DNA of 64,000 nt, from positions 119,660,001-119,724,000 of the forward strand of contig NC_042998.1 of assembly GCF_006345805.1 (NCBI RefSeq). Reading direction: 5' to 3'. The translations under genes were made by a program, and so were the position numbers. This document shows, one piece after another, positions 1 through 14,769 of the stretch (the stretch's first letter is position 1; every line of letters begins with the position of its first letter). The notes beneath the pieces are model-generated. The model did not search any database. It was not told the DNA's origin and was given only the letters and a program-made list of their open reading frames with translations. This DNA is from Octopus sinensis (Eukaryota).

Positions 1-699
1 ATGCCTGTTTGTAAAAGAGAAAAGATAAGAGATGGGTGGATTGGAAGGAGTAGCTAGTGAGTGACAAAGCCATTTATGCATGCACCCCCACCACCATACA
101 CACACACATGTATGTGTATGCAGTATCACATGATCAAATGGAAGGAGCAATATCACAATAGGTATATTCCTACCAGACCAGAAAGAAAAAAACATTAGAT
201 TCCAGCAGTGGAAAGTGGCCATGCTTGGGTTCTTCTTTCAAGGGTTTCAGTTTATCAATCTCAGTAATTATATCAATCTCTATCAAGCTACTGAGTTACA
301 ACACACAGGAATGCAACATAAACATGTCTTGTTTTAACCAGCATAAACATAAACATGCTACACACAAGACCACATACTTATGACTGACTTCTGCACAGTT
401 TCTGTCTATCAAATTCCTCTCATAAGTTTTTAATCACACAGCTATGATGTACTGGAGTTCTTACATTGAATTGGAATATCTTCTTTCCTTCTGCAACAAT
501 TACTGCTCCTGAAAATTAGATGACTGGATTAATTCAAGTGTTTTATTGCTCCACATTACTGTGTGTGTCTGTCTGTTTTTATATATTTAGTCAAAAGAAA
601 TGAGGCATATGGTCTCTTACATATCCCCTCTCACTAGTGAGATGGATGTAGTTGTTATTCAGTTTGAATATCTGTGAGTTGGTTATCCTAGGGGAAAAT

Positions 700-2900
700 T
701 GCAGCTATGGGTAGCAAGGATTGGACAAAGTAATTATAGCATTCTGAGTGTGGAGAACGCTACAGTTAGAGATACCCCCAGAGATGTAGATAAATTATGC
801 AACTGGATAGTTCAAAGGACTGGAGTATTGTGGTAGAAAATAAACAAGAAACTACATAACTATGAGCCAGAGATTAAAGTGCATTTGTGCATCAGTAGCT
901 TCCAGTAAGTTATGTGAGAAGTAGTACTCCATTGTGAATCACGCTTGGAACTTTTGTAGAGTGTTGGTAACTAATCAGACTGAAATATTTTCTGGTTCTG
1001 AAGAGGAAACTCTTGTGATGCAACTTTAGCTGTGACATAAATAAAGCCCTTTCCATAAAAGATCATCAGAGATTAAGTTGGCATTTGTAATGGCTTTCAA
1101 GGTTTTAGTTGTTCGTTGTTTATGCGTAGGAAAGCTGTAGTACAAGACTTGTGTTGAGATTGTATCTAAGTTAGCTGTTTTACAGAAATGCTAGAGCAGT
1201 GAACAAATACCTTATGATTTTTTGTTCCAGTTGTTTTGAGTTTTAAATTCGAATTTTGTTGGAATCTACTTTGCCTTTCATTCATTCTCATATCAGTAAA
1301 ATAAAGTATTAATCAGGTATCACAGTTTGAATTTTAGGGCTCTGTGTAAAATGCTTTGTAGTGTTTATTCCAGTTCTTTATGTTCTAAGTTCCCATGAGA
1401 ATGTGTCAAACTTGTTTGTACCATAGCCCTACTCATAGAAATGTCTCAGTATGTTGTAGGAATATCTGGTGGAGCTCTAGATTTTCCTGGAACATAGAAA
1501 TGAAATGGCAGAGCAGAAGCATTGCTAGATTGTGGTACTCCTGTAGGAGGATGTTTCATTAACTCATTATTGACCGCAGTGCAGGTCTATTTATCATAAG
1601 ATATCTAGGTTACATGTGAATGATACTGGTATGCAGAAGATCAAGTTAAAGGTTATTACTTGCGTAAGAGAATGCAGTGTTAAAAATAACAGCAAGATGA
1701 CTAATGTGTACAGAAGAAACTGAGAGAAATTAGTAAACCTTGAGCTACACTATAGTTAATTATAGGGATTGAAGAGTGTACTATCTATATACACTACAAG
1801 AGAGAAGTCTGATAGAATACCTTTCAAGCAAGAAATAGAAAAGATGTAATTTCTAGGTTTTCACTGTCAAAAATTTTGGAAAGTGTTAGTTGGCATTTAG
1901 AGAGGTTGAGCTTCTTACAATTAGTGCATACTAATATATTTCAGTAGGTTGTAATAGATTATTGTAGAGATAGTTCTGAATTAGGTCTCCTACTCTGTGG
2001 TTTTGAGTGAATGCCTATTTTATGAGTAGTGTCCTTTATATTACTGCAGCACAGTTGTCTGAATCACATGCAGGTTTTCGAGTTGTGGGCTTTGGTTGTG
2101 AGAGCAATGCCTGGGATGTACCTTAGGGAATGGTTTTTAGGCACTGATTTAGCTATCACAGATGATGTGTGAGGTAAAAATATTACTGCACTACAGATAT
2201 CAGTCGACTTGCTTGTACTTGTCATTTCCTTGGTCTTTCCTACTGAACTCCTTTTCGCTCACTGTCTATTTAGTTTAACTATAGACTATATTTCACTTGA
2301 ACACACATAGGCACCCTACTTACAATTTAAGTGTTTGTTTAGATATGACTTGGATCAAAAGTAGATAACATCAAACTAACACTGCATCTTGTGAATAAGA
2401 TATTTAATTCTACTCCCCCTAATTAAAGATATTTTCAATAGTGTCACGATCATATTGAATGATGTAATGCACTCTAGGATCATTATGGTATTTACATTTA
2501 CAGCTTTGTTTAAACAGCCTATGTGTGTGTTTAGATATACATGAAAATTGATAAAAATGGAAACCTAATGGGAATTGACTGTTTACTGTTGGCCTTTTGA
2601 TGTAATTACTGTGATACTATAAACTCTCTTATGTCCACTTTCATGGTAACACATCTGTACATCTAAATGTGTAATTGCTCTCAACTTTGATACTATAGCT
2701 AAATAATGTGTAAAAACGAAGTTTGTGTATCTGCAGAAAACAGTCCGGATAAAACATGTAGAACTATCAAAGCCAAACTGCTTCAAAGTATCCAATAAAT
2801 GATCTGTGGGTTCAATCTCCACTAAGTTCTCTGTTATTCACTTTTGTGGATAGCATTTTTAAATTTGCACAAAAGCACTACTTTACAGTTTAATTCTAGC
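700..2900 (-). mobile_element. Old non-LTR retrotransposon remnants (clade uncertain)
   Basis: Minus-strand fragments VNNEL..TGVPQSS..LPFHFYV (~1500-1590) and DHLLDTLKQFGF...FIR (ORF 2583-2822). Heavily decayed. Confidence 0.4.
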
Positions 2901-4599
2901 TTGTCCATTACTAAAAATATAAATTCATTCTTTATAATCAAATTTGATTGGAAAGTTTTTGTAAAAAAAATATTTGGTTTTGTTGAATTGAATCAGCAGC
3001 CATTAAAACTGAAGTGTTGGGCATATCTGCATGCACACACAAAAAATAACCACATGAACATGAGATGCTGTCATTGTTTTTCTTGCTGGACTTTCAGCAA
3101 TATCCTTCCATTGGTGATTGATTCTAGTTCAGCTTGAAAGAATAAATAAATGAAAGTTAAGATCATAACACACTCTACCTCTCTTCCAAAAGTATAGAAA
3201 ATAAGTGAAAAGTTTCAGATGGACAGAATTGAATGTTCCATGAGAAGTCTGCAGGAAGAGAATGCCATATCACAGTACTTAGTTGCTTTCATTCCTGGGG
3301 TGTACTTTCATTGTTTTTTATTAATTCACAAGAGGGAAGACTAAATTCAAATTATTATAGAGTAATTAAAATATTTGCTTTTTTTTAATAACTTCTACCC
3401 CTCCACTGTTGCTTTATTTCTGAGGAATTTTTGAAGAAAATCCTTAGTCTCTTATGATTTATTTACTGCCAAGAACATTTTGACATTTATTTTTATTATT
3501 GATGTTTTCTATGAAAATAGCAAGCCATAAGATATAAATTTCATTAAAGCTACTATTAAGTTACTTCAATTTCTATGGCATCTGTGATGAAATATTTTGT
3601 CTTCTGAAAAGATATATACAAATATGAGACAATAAGAGAAGTTCTATGTAATTGGTTTATCTGCTAGAGATAGCAACCAAATTCTATTTATACCCTACAG
3701 TCTTATTTGAAAAAAACATTTTTTAAAAAGACATGTATATTTAGATAATGTATGCAATGCCTGAAAAAAAGATTTGGTATGGTTAGAATATTCACTCTGA
3801 GCAACTAAAATACAATTAACTCTAATCCAAGTTACCTATATTTCACATGTTTACTAAAATATAATCTGTTTATAGATGGTCACTTTAGCAAATGTATATT
3901 TGTTGCGTTTTTTTTTCTTTTTCATTAAGATGTTGCTCTTTAACTAAAGAGCAATGCTCTGCCATTGGAGCTTGGGTAGTGACAATGCAAATATTGAGTT
4001 TTGCATCAGATTGCTTTACAGCAAATATAGACAACCAGTCTCTTACAGTGGGCTTTATGAAATACTGCTCATTGTGAATGAGACTACACTACTAAAAATA
4101 ATTTAACTAATAATGCATGTTGTATAGAAAATCATAAAATTGAGAAAAATTAAATTTGAACAATCAACCCTAAAGATTTTTTTAAAAAATTTATGTAATT
4201 CCTGTACTGTACAAAAAAACACAAAATGTTATATGCAGCCCAAGTGTTGCAGGCTACTCTTGCCTAATTTACAAAATAAACATTTTCCTCTTAAAATATT
4301 TAATGGTGCACTTGTCCACAGACAGGTTAAGTTGCCATTCAGCAATCATTGTATTTTGTCCAGATCAGATTGCAGCTAAGTTCTATAACATTCTTTATAC
4401 CTCACGGTATAGCTTAATGACATGTAAAAAGCTCCCAGCATACTTTGTAAAATGGTTGACATTAGAAAGGACATCCAGGTGTAGAAATCAAGTGAATTCA
4501 GACTGGAACCTCATGCAACTCTTCAACTTGCTAGCTCTGGTCAACCGTCCAATTCATGCCAGCATGGAAAATCTGTTAAATAATGATGATAACATGCTT

Positions 4600-5330
4600 T
4601 AAGTTGGCTCTTATTTCATTGTTATACAGCAAATAACAGGGGATCCAAAACAGATTCCTGTGGAATACCAGATTTCATCACATAAGATGCAGAATGTTGT
4701 CCTAGTGTTGTGACTACTCACACCCCAAAAAATAAACATGAAAATGAAGGATTTCAAACAGTTATAAAGATTAATCCTCATGCCCATTGCAAAGAACTTT
4801 GCCTTACATAATTTGTGTAGCAGAGACTTAGAGACTTTGGCGAAGTTGAGTTGAATAACATCCAGCCATGAGCATACCTATGGATGATTCAAGTGATGTC
4901 TTCAGGAAATTTAATGAAGGAATTCCTAGTAGCTAGAGTTGGGATAAATCCAAATTGTGAAGGCAGAATAAGCTTATAAGAGTTCCAGAAGTTTCTGGGT
5001 GTCTTTCTGACAAATGACTTCATCAAGCTTGTGAGAATGACTACAATAATTGGCAGGTGATGTGTGGGCCCCCCTTTTGAACAGGGGGAATAACATTGGC
5101 AACTTTTTACTGTTCTAGGGTAACACACTTATTCTGGAAGAACTGGAAAAGTAATGAAAGCTGGAGCAGGAGTATGTTGGTATACAGCTGCAGGATGGTT
5201 TATAGGAGGCACATTTTAAAAAGAAGTCCCCATGGTGCTGTGGTGTGGCATGTTTATCTGTCATGGGAGATTATTCTGATAGATCAAACAATTGGTATTG
5301 GATGGGGGATTTACCAATCCCAAAATAGAT
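4600..5330 (-). mobile_element. Degenerate CR1/L2-like RT fragment
   Basis: KGG..HLPI..TSLMKSFV...SQFGFIP...EDIT (ORF 4889-5128) and SGIPQESVLDPLLF at about 4620-4680. Confidence 0.7.
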
Positions 5331-5841
5331 GTTGATTGCATAGCTTATCATCCATAAAAATTCAATACTCATGAGGCCAGAAGAAGCTAAATGTAGCCCA
5401 CACTATATTGTCATTGGAGATTTTGCATTTATTAGATTCATTAGCTATAGCAAGTATTAATAGTTACTTAGCTGTTTGACTTTGTTTTCAGCCCAACCAT
5501 CCGGTCTTCAGGGCATTGAATAATGTTGTCTTAAGTACATTGCTCATAGTTGTAATACCTTTGATCATTGGTTTGCAGTATTTGTCAAACTCTTTGTTTG
5601 ATCAATCCTGGAAGGATGAAAGATGAAGTACTAGTCATGTGCTCTCCCAGCCACCACATTTTGGACATTCTGCTGGGTCAGAAGATGCCTGCTTGCAAAT
5701 TCATGGGTATTAAATAAACAGCAAATTGTTTGCTGCATGTTGATGTGAAGTTATACTCAGTTGCAAGCAATGAGAGAGAGACAGAGAGGGTTTTTTTTTT
5801 TTACTAGCTTCAATTATTGGATTGTGACCATGTATTTGTTG

Positions 5842-6128
5842 TTTGTTCCTTCTCGAGTCATGCCTGGCTCACAAGGGCCGGTTTCCTTGGCGTATAGGTT
5901 CCCCACCAGGACGGGACGCCGGTTCATTACAGGTGCGATGCAGGAGGAAAGAGTGAGAGAAAGTTGTGGCGAAAGAGTCGACAGAAGTTCACCATTACCT
6001 TCTGCCGGAGCCTCGTGGAGCTTAGGTGTTTCACTCATAAACACACACATTGCCCGGCCTGAGATTCAGACCCGCGATCCCTCAACCACAAGTCTGCTGC
6101 TCTAACTACTAGGCCATGTGCCTCCACC
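5842..6128 (-). mobile_element. tRNA-derived SINE, CpG-rich and fairly young
   Basis: Minus strand has an A box (TGGCCTAGTAG), a B-box-like GGGTCTGAATCTC and an AAC-rich tail. 11-bp direct repeat TGTATTTGTTG at 5831-5841 and 6130-6140 (TSD). Confidence 0.85.
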
Positions 6129-8705
6129 TTGTATTTGTTGCCTGGCTCTTATTTAATTGATCTTCAAAGGATGAAACCAAAAGGGATTTAGCCAAATATA
6201 GCATATTTTTTAAAATTATATTTCTGATCCTGCACCTCCCATACACACACACACACCTATAAATTTGATGTTTGCTTGCAGTTATTTGATGTAGCGTAAT
6301 TATTATTGTTATTATTACAACTACTGTTATTGCTACTTTTCCTTCTATACATAAGTATAATATAACCATGAAGCTCAGGAATCTGTCTTTACATATCTGT
6401 TCTGTCTAGACTGAATGTTTCTTTTTTGGTCTTATCTCCAGCGTTGTTTCAACTATGATGGAAATGTGAGAAAAACTCAAAATCAAAAAGAAAAAAAATG
6501 GGGGTTTGATAAAGGAGATGGTGGGAGGATAATTTGACTGGAGTGGTTCCTGATTTATTGACTTGGTGTCAGAAAATAGTCTCCCTCACCCCCTACCAGA
6601 GGGTGGGGAATTGTTTAGCTTCCTTTCTTTCTACCTCACTTCCCAAAGGTGTGTATGACTGAAGTTACAAAATAAATAGTAGTGTTGAAAAATAGACTGC
6701 ATAGTTGGCATTCTGTAACAAACAAACAAGAGAATCACATAATGGAGTAGGTAAGCTGAGAGATTAAATGTTGGAAATAGTAAATTGTCTGGTTTAACAC
6801 TTTCCACATTGTAGTTCTGAATAGCTGATCATAAGCTGAATGTTTTGTAATCATTGCCTTTTGATTACAAAACAATTTACTTACATTGCCTGCTGTTTAT
6901 CTAGAAATCTCAAAATATTGACTAATGAAAAGATATTAGTCAACAACTAATATTGCCTTTTCCTTACCACATATTTCCTTTTTCTAGTTACTATATTTGA
7001 TGCAGGGAACATTAAAAACTTTACACCAACTTTTTTTTTTTACATGTGAATGGCATCTCATAGTAATTCTCTAAATATTTCTACATGTCTATGCCTACAA
7101 GTGTTCATTCTTGTACAAACATAACTTTCTTGCAAGTTCTCTAGATTTCTTCTTTGTAATATTATAGAGACATCACTCCCAATCCAGGATACCTTTGCAA
7201 CACCTGCCTTCCTACCTCTGCCAACATAATGGAATTTCATGTTTATCAAGCAACATCAGATCACCATCATGTCTTCTTATTAAATATTTAAAACATTCCT
7301 CTCCCTCTTACATCACTGTTATGTAGATACAGATGGACCCTGCAAGCTGCATTATAAATTACTTGTCTAGGAAGACAATAATTCTAAATAAGGGACTATT
7401 CAATTTTCCCACATTGACTGCCCCTCTAGTGCTGGTGTTTCAATAAAATGCACTTAGTTCACACTAAAAACTATATAGCCACAAAGTTGGCTAGTTTTCA
7501 GTGTTTTTGTCTGGGTTAGATAATATAGAACACAAGAGAACAGACTTGTCCAGTGCATTCCAGCATGGGAAAAAGGCATGGAATGAAAATGATGGGATAG
7601 TGATGTGGAGTAACATGTAGTGCAAAGCTGGTGGTGGTAGCTATCCCTTCCCTGTTGGAGTATAGTATGATGACTATGCTAGAGATATGAATGAGAGGAA
7701 AAGATATTTTAAAAGAAAGCAAGTAGATTATTTTTCTAATATAGAGAACCCAGACATTCCCTGGTACCATCAAAGCTGCTTGGCTCTGCTGGAAAGATTT
7801 ACACTCATGAATGATGCTAGACAAGTTGTAATTTCTAGTTGATAACTTATAAAGGGGGTGTCTCTCAGTGCAAGTACTTTATTGAGTAGTGATATGTATA
7901 CATAAATTAAACAACAGTATAAATGTTGGTTAAACCCTGAAATTAATGATGTTCTGAATCTATTTTATTATTCTTCTGCTGGTTCCAGTCATTGGCCTAT
8001 GGCCATACTGGGACACTGTCTTCTAGTGTTTTTGTCAGTTATATCTACTACAGTATGTTGTCTATGAAACGGTTAAGTTTAACTAATCTGTTACACAGTA
8101 CCCAAATACCACAGGGTAATTTTGTTTGATGTGCTCATACACAATTATGTTAGATAAATGTTAACACTGGATTTTAAAATTCTACAACACTCAAGTTCTG
8201 GTAGATTTCATGATTTTTATGATGTATTTGTGTTGATTTCCATGGTTATTCTAATTTTGTGGGAATTCTATTTTGAACTATATTCCTGCCAACCAATGTT
8301 TCTCTGTTAAATTTTTATTTCATTTATGAAATAAGCTGCTATGATGCCCTTTTAATGCATGGTCAACTGATGTGAAAGCATTGTACTTTTAAAAAAGCAT
8401 GCCCAAGTTGTAAATTTCATGACTTTATGAAATTTTCAACTTGGACATGCTTTTAAATTTTCATTCATTAAAGAAACTTTAAAAAAGGACATCTTTGCAT
8501 GTAAAACCTTATCATTGAACAGCCATCTTCTGTGCTAGCATAAGTTGAGCAATTTGGAAGGATTCAGTGGATCCAAAGACTGCACCAAATATTAGTTGAT
8601 AACAGGTACCCTAGTTGCAGCAGCAATTAAAAGTAAAAAAGTTACATATCTTATATACTACAAGAACCAAGTACACTGATTACAAAATAACAAATATATC
8701 TTTAA

Positions 8706-8910
8706 CCCTTTCACAATCACTTTTTGTCAAAAGCAATGCTTATTCATTCACATTGTTTTGAATTATCTTCTAGCACAGAGATTTTGATGAGGTAACTGTT
8801 AATCTTTAGAATTATATAGTAGGGTTGGTGTCAGAAGCCAAATCAGGTCAATATGAACATAAACAGGTAGGATATTTTGGCTGGATATGGCCAGATTAAA
8901 TGCTAAAGAG
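8706..8910. mobile_element. TTAA-flanked MITE (piggyBac-like ends). Copies at ~25778-26004 (inverted), 46884-47087 and 49768-49935 (truncated)
   Basis: Consensus ends TTAA|CCCTTTAGCATT ... AATGCTAAAGGG|TTAA with a shared ~200-bp interior in four copies. Confidence 0.75.
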
Positions 8911-9825
8911 TTAAAAAAAAAATTCATATAACAGAACACATCTCATATATTACACAAACACTAGAATAAAACAAAAAAAATTCAACATGAAACTAAAAAC
9001 TATAAATCACAGAGCAAATTATTTCAGACAAAAATTGTGCACTTCATGACTTGTGACATTGGACTCATAAGTACAACACTCTTTTGTTAGTTGATTGTGT
9101 ATTTAGAACAAGGAACCTTTGTTACTCATTTTATTTCCAATGGTAGGATGCAGTTTGAGGACAATTTGCCTGTCATTTCTAATAACCAAGCAATTGCATA
9201 GAGGCTTCTCTATGGTTTTCAATGTAATCAGAGCAACCTGTAGGTTATCAGGTTGAACTTCAACTCTACCTGCTTAGTCAATAGGCAAAGTCCTGGTTAG
9301 CATTTTTTATCAGTTGTTTAGCCCACCCCTGCTTTGTGGGTGGGCTACAAAGGTAACAGGCATGGGGGAAACCATATTCTCCTCTAACTAAATAATGATT
9401 ATAATTTCTTATGTAGACACAAGATCAGAAGTTTTGATTGAAGGAACAGTCAGTTATACTGACCATACTTTTTTGACTTGTACTTTTATTGACCACAATA
9501 AGGTTTGAACTTGGGACATGAAGGGCTTAATCTAAATACTGCAAAATATTTTGCTCAGTGCAGTGCTCTAACAAATCTGTCAAAATTATAACAATCGTTT
9601 TTAATTTAGGCACAAGGCCAGCAATTTTAAGGGGAAGAAGTTGATTATATTAACTTTAGTATTTGATTGGATGAATAGACAAAAGGCAAAGTTGACCTTG
9701 AATTTAGAACAGATCAGAAGAAATTGTAAGACTATTCTGCTAATCCTCTGCTGTAATAATGATAACAAAACTTTCATTAATGGGATTTTATATTTTTTCT
9801 TTTTCTCTTTCCCTTCCTACTTCAG

Positions 9826-9896
9826 CACATTCCAGCATAGTTTGGTCTGCACAATGCCATCCAACAGAATCTGAACAGTTTGTTTCTTGTTCGCAG
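9826..9896 (+). CDS. WDR77: Methylosome protein 50 / WDR77, internal exon (AHSSIVWSAQCHPTESEQFVSCSQ)
   Basis: Polypyrimidine tract + AG (9824-9825) and GTGAGT donor (9897). 71 nt, ends in phase 0. Aligns by eye to human MEP50 [24 protein letters not shown] and joins in frame to the exon at 32899. Confidence 0.9.
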
Positions 9897-10815
9897 GTGA
9901 GTAACCAATATTATATAATGCTCTCTTATAAATTGTATTGCTCTGTCTTTGCATGTTGATAGTGCATTAAAATCTAGGTTTCAAATTATACACTTAGAGT
10001 ATAAATTTTGTATTTTATGTTGTTGGTGTAATTTAGTCTTAGGTCAGCCTTGATCTAGATATTATGATCTAAGATATTTCCAACTCTGATTGTACTTATA
10101 TTTATTGAGGCATTTTAGTACAGACTGGTGCCAGTTTCTTCAGATTCTGGATTTTACTCCATTGCAAATTTTTGAGACCATGTTATGTCTTTTTATTTTT
10201 TAAGACAGTAATTTAAGAGAGATTTGAATGCTTGTATTAAGACACTTTATATTTTGAGAAATGGAGAGCTGAATGGACCTGGAGTGCCTGAGTGGAAGAG
10301 GTACAAGACCATCCAATTCCAATGAACAGAAAAGAGTGGAGTGACAGCATACCACTGGGAGGAAACATAGTATATTCAATGTAATCAGTTTTGCATAAAA
10401 AGTAGTATTGGATTTATTGATGTCTGTTCATGATCTGCTATGAAGGCAATGAAATAGTTTGAACGAGATTTTAGTAGATTCTGGGTTCTATGGATTTCAG
10501 TAGTTCTGAACCATGTGGTTGTAGAATGCAAACATAATTAATGTGGAGGATGACTCCTACTACTACCACCACCACCACTACTGTCTATAATAAATGAATG
10601 ATACAGGAGGTACTATGAAACTTGGGTCACTGAAGGAGAATGAGATGTATTTTGGACTACTGGTAGCAGAGCTGCTGGATATCTAAAACACTGAGAGTTC
10701 TGTTAGAGAGTCAAGTGCATTCATTTTAAATGGTGATATTGAGAAGTGATTGTAGATGGTGAAATAAGGCAGTGACAAAGATGGAACAGGCTAGTTTTAA
10801 TATTTAATTAACAGA

Positions 10816-10992
10816 GGGCGGTGAGCTGGCAGAAACGTTAGCACGCCAAGCAAAATGCTTAGTGGTATTTCGTCTGCTGTTATATTCTGAGTTCAAATTC
10901 CACTGAGGTCAAAGTACCATTTACGCACTGGGGTGAATGTAATTGACTTAATCTCTTTGTCCTTGTTTAGCCCCCTGTAGGCAATAAAGAAA
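10816..10992 (+). mobile_element. tRNA-derived SINE of the Meta-core type (internally deleted) with a 15-bp TSD. Relatives at ~14245-14375 (+) and ~9600-9730, 34380-34520, 35300-35830 (-)
   Basis: GGCGGTGAGCTGGCAGAA A box and GAGTTCAAATTCC B box. TATTTAATTAACAGA occurs at 10801-10815 and 10993-11007. Relatives carry the GAGGTCGACTTTGCCTTTCATC core. Confidence 0.85.
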
Positions 10993-13294
10993 TATTTAAT
11001 TAACAGAAAATTAAAACAGGTGATACCAACATTCAAGATGTATATATTACACTGAATGATTACAAAAAAGTTGTTTGTCTTTTGGAGGTTTCTGTTTATG
11101 TTCTTGTTTAGTCCCAGGTCAGTCCTCATCAAGCAAGCTTAAGATCAAAGATGTTCTAACATTGCCCATCCTGTCTTATTGTATTTCCAGACATTATTTG
11201 ATGCATCTTTGTTCTAAGATAATGTAGTATGAATGAGATTCAGCTGCTGTTTCTAGCAGGTCAGTTGATTGCATAGATGTTTCTCTTGTTGATTCATCTT
11301 TATGAACATTTTGGCCATTGAGGTGTCTCCAGAGTACTTTTACATCAGTGAACCTTTTTAAAAGTGCATCAACAGACCACTGTCTTCTATACTCCACTCC
11401 TTTCTGATCAGCAATGCTCCTGTTATGTAAGTCATTCAAGAAAGAAGACCTAGTAAGTTGTCATATGAGAAAATACATCTCATATTTTCATAAATGTAAA
11501 TTTGAAGGAGTGCCCTCACCCCATTGATCCATATATTTTTGATACTGGTTTAGTTGTTAGTTTCTAATGAAAAAGGTGTGTGTGTGTGTGTGTGTTTCTT
11601 TAACAAATAAATAATAGCTGAAAAGAAACTACTAACTTCTGTTTATTTAAACTTGTTAGCAATTGTATTGAGGTACTGCTGTAATGTTAAGATTTCTTAC
11701 TCGGTGTTAGTCATTTATTAGTGCTGCTTTGACTTGATTATTTGACCTAATTTTGGAACTTGTATGAATTGAGCACGTTTTCTTTGGTATTTTTCTGCAT
11801 AACCTGTTTAATAAGATTGTTTTAATACAATAGTGTAGAAATAAGCTGTTAGTGAAGTAAACCTGCAATATGGCTCTTAATTTTCTAAGGTCATATTTAT
11901 TTCATTTTACTCTTATCACTAATGCTTTTCTTAAAGAGAATACCACCTTGTTTCCATATCCATCTAACTGAAGTTTTCATTTAATGATTCTCAATTATAT
12001 TGACCCAACCAAAATATCTCCCCACTTTTAGGGAGACTGAATGATGATGCAATAAACTTAATATATTATTACTAAAATTTATATTCTGTTTCTCAATTGT
12101 TGATATTTCTCTTAGTACCTCTGCATTTTGAGAGCAGTCTAAAATAGACAGACCCTATTTTCCAAGAATTTGTCTATAACAAAATGCACCATTCTCTGTT
12201 TGTTTAAACTTGATTACTAAATATCCTATATCTTGTCTCTCCTCCTCTCATCAATAAGCCCATCTATGTCCCATTTCCTCTCACTGCCAACTTTATGCAA
12301 AATTTCTTTATCCAATATTCTATTCTCAGAATCACACAGTATACTGTTCTACCTTCCTCGCTGCTCATGTTTCCCTCCAACCACTGATTTCCAACAGCTA
12401 AAACTGCACATTAACCCTGTTACCTCACCTAGTTTTAGCTATTTAATAACTATATTTCACTGACATATAAGCATCACACTGCTCACGCATGACACATACA
12501 CTCGAGTATTTATTCAAAGGTAGAAACTGTTTAGTGCTAACAAAAGCAATTGCCCCCTAAATTTCTTCCACTCCTTCCTTATTCTTATATTTTCACAACT
12601 ACCCCACCACCAGTATCAATTAAATTACCTAGGTAATAGACAAAAAATATCTACATGATTGACTGTGTTTGAAATATCTCCTGTCAATGTGAAGGAAAAA
12701 TCAGGCCACAAGAAATGTCTGTGTGGTCAAGAAGTTCGCAACCACATGGTTTCAGGTTCAGTCCCACTGCACAGCATCTAGGGTAAGTAGACTACTACAG
12801 GCAAACCAATCCTCTAGTAGACAGAAACTCTAGGAAGCTTATGTGTATGTATGTATGTGTGTGTTTTATTTAAAACATTGTGGAAAAAAGACATTAAATA
12901 ATGTCTGGATGAACTGTTACGGATGGTCATAGCTAAAATACATTTGATGATGCATAGATCTGCTCAATCAGGATTGACATGAGGCTGAACATCTACAACT
13001 ACTGCTTCTGGTCCTATTTTTATTATTACTATGTAGAGAGTATAAATTGTTTCTTAAAAGAGCTTTTAAAATATTTTGTGTATTTTATTTTCTCTGTTGC
13101 TGACTACTGTTTCCTGTTTATGTCAAATAAGTTAAATGACAGCTATTGTTGAGAGTATGGAAGTACAGCTGTCAATTTTCGTGGTCAACTAATCACTACA
13201 AACCACCTTTCAAGTTTTTAATAATTCTGTATATTCTTATATATTTCATATAACTTAGACTGTGTGTGATTGATATATATATATATATATATAT

Positions 13295-14245
13295 ATCAAA
13301 GGAAGGTTAACCAGGAAGATAGTTTTGGTGTGTGGCAGATGCACAGGGGCTATAAACACTGAGGATGTACAGAAAACAGATTCCATCACATGCTAGTGGT
13401 GAAAAACTAGAAGTAGTTAATAGCTTCCGCTACCTAGGCAACCAAGTCTGTAGTGGGGGTGCTTGCTCTGAGAGTGTAGCAGCCAGAATAAGAATAGCCT
13501 GGGCAAAGTTCAGGGAGCTCCTACCTCTGCTCTCAACTAAGGGCCTCTTGCTCAAGATGAAAGGTAGACTGTATGATGCATGTGTGCAAACTGCCATGCT
13601 ACACGACAGTGAAACTGGTTTGTGACTGCTGAGGACATGTGTAGGCTTGAAAGAAATGAAGCTAGTATGATCTACTGGATGTGTAATGTCAATGTGCATA
13701 TGCGACAGTGTAAACGACCTGAGAGAAAAGTTGGGCATAAGAAGCATCAAATGTGGTGTGCAAGAGAGACGACTGCGCTGGTATGGTCATGTGTTATGTA
13801 TGGATGAGGACAGATGCGTGAGGAAGTGCCACTCCCTAACTGAAAGGAACCTGTAGAAGAGGTAGACCCAGAAAGACATGGGATGGGGTGGTGAAGCATG
13901 ACCTTTGGAGATATTCTGTGATTGAGAAGACTCAGCAACTAAAGTGAGATCGCAGCTATGGCCAATGCCAGTTTTGCATGTCCAGCCCATTTAAGAGTGC
14001 CCCTGATGCGTCAGGCAATATAATGTGCTTGAGAAGACCTGTTGAGTCAAGTAAAACCAAAATTGTAGCTGTGGCCAGTGCCCTCTGACTGGCTCCTGTT
14101 CCGGTATCATGTAAAATGCATCATCTGAATGTGGTCAATGCCGGTGGCACATAAAAAGCACTATCCGAACATGATCGATACCAGGCCCGCATGACTGGCT
14201 CCTGTGCCAGTGGCACATAAAAAGGACCCACTACACTCTCAGAGT
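13295..14245 (+). mobile_element. Degenerate RTE LINE 3' fragment (second family) with 3'UTR
   Basis: EKLEVVNSFRYLG...RIRIAWAKFRELLPLL (ORF 13365-13625) is homologous to the 18481 ORF but frameshifted. The 3'UTR shares its modules. Confidence 0.85.
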
Positions 14246-14769
14246 TCTGAGGTCGACTTTGCCTTTCATCATTGTGGAGTCAGTAAATTATCAGTGAAAT
14301 GCTGGGGATTGATGTAATTGACTAGTCCCTCCATACAAATGTTAGGCTTTGTGCCTTTAGTAGAAATGATTATTATTATTATTATAACAACATATAGTAT
14401 ATGTAACTCCTAGTAAATATGAGTTCTACTCTTATTTGTCCATTCACTTGTGTGTGTATGCATGCACACACAAAGTTAAAACTGAAACATCAATCAAAAT
14501 TTTAAAAATTCTACCAGAATTATATAATTGAATTATTATTCCCTGAAATGTCTGTTATCTAAGTCCTATCTTAAAGAAACTATTTTATTGTCCTAATTAT
14601 GACATGTCTTTAGTTTACATTGCCACCCACCACATCTGTTATCATACTGCTTTTTTTTTTCTTTTGTAAGCTAGTTTCAGTTATAACATGCTAATGTTAT
14701 GTTGATGTTGGATATTTGTTCCATCTCCCTTATTTTCTATTTCAGTTTATAAAAACACCTCAAGATAGG

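Noticed and set aside
1-9800. Upstream WDR77 exons (IKVWD- and GAVELW-like)
   Set aside because: No matching exon with splice sites was found by eye; they probably lie upstream of the window.
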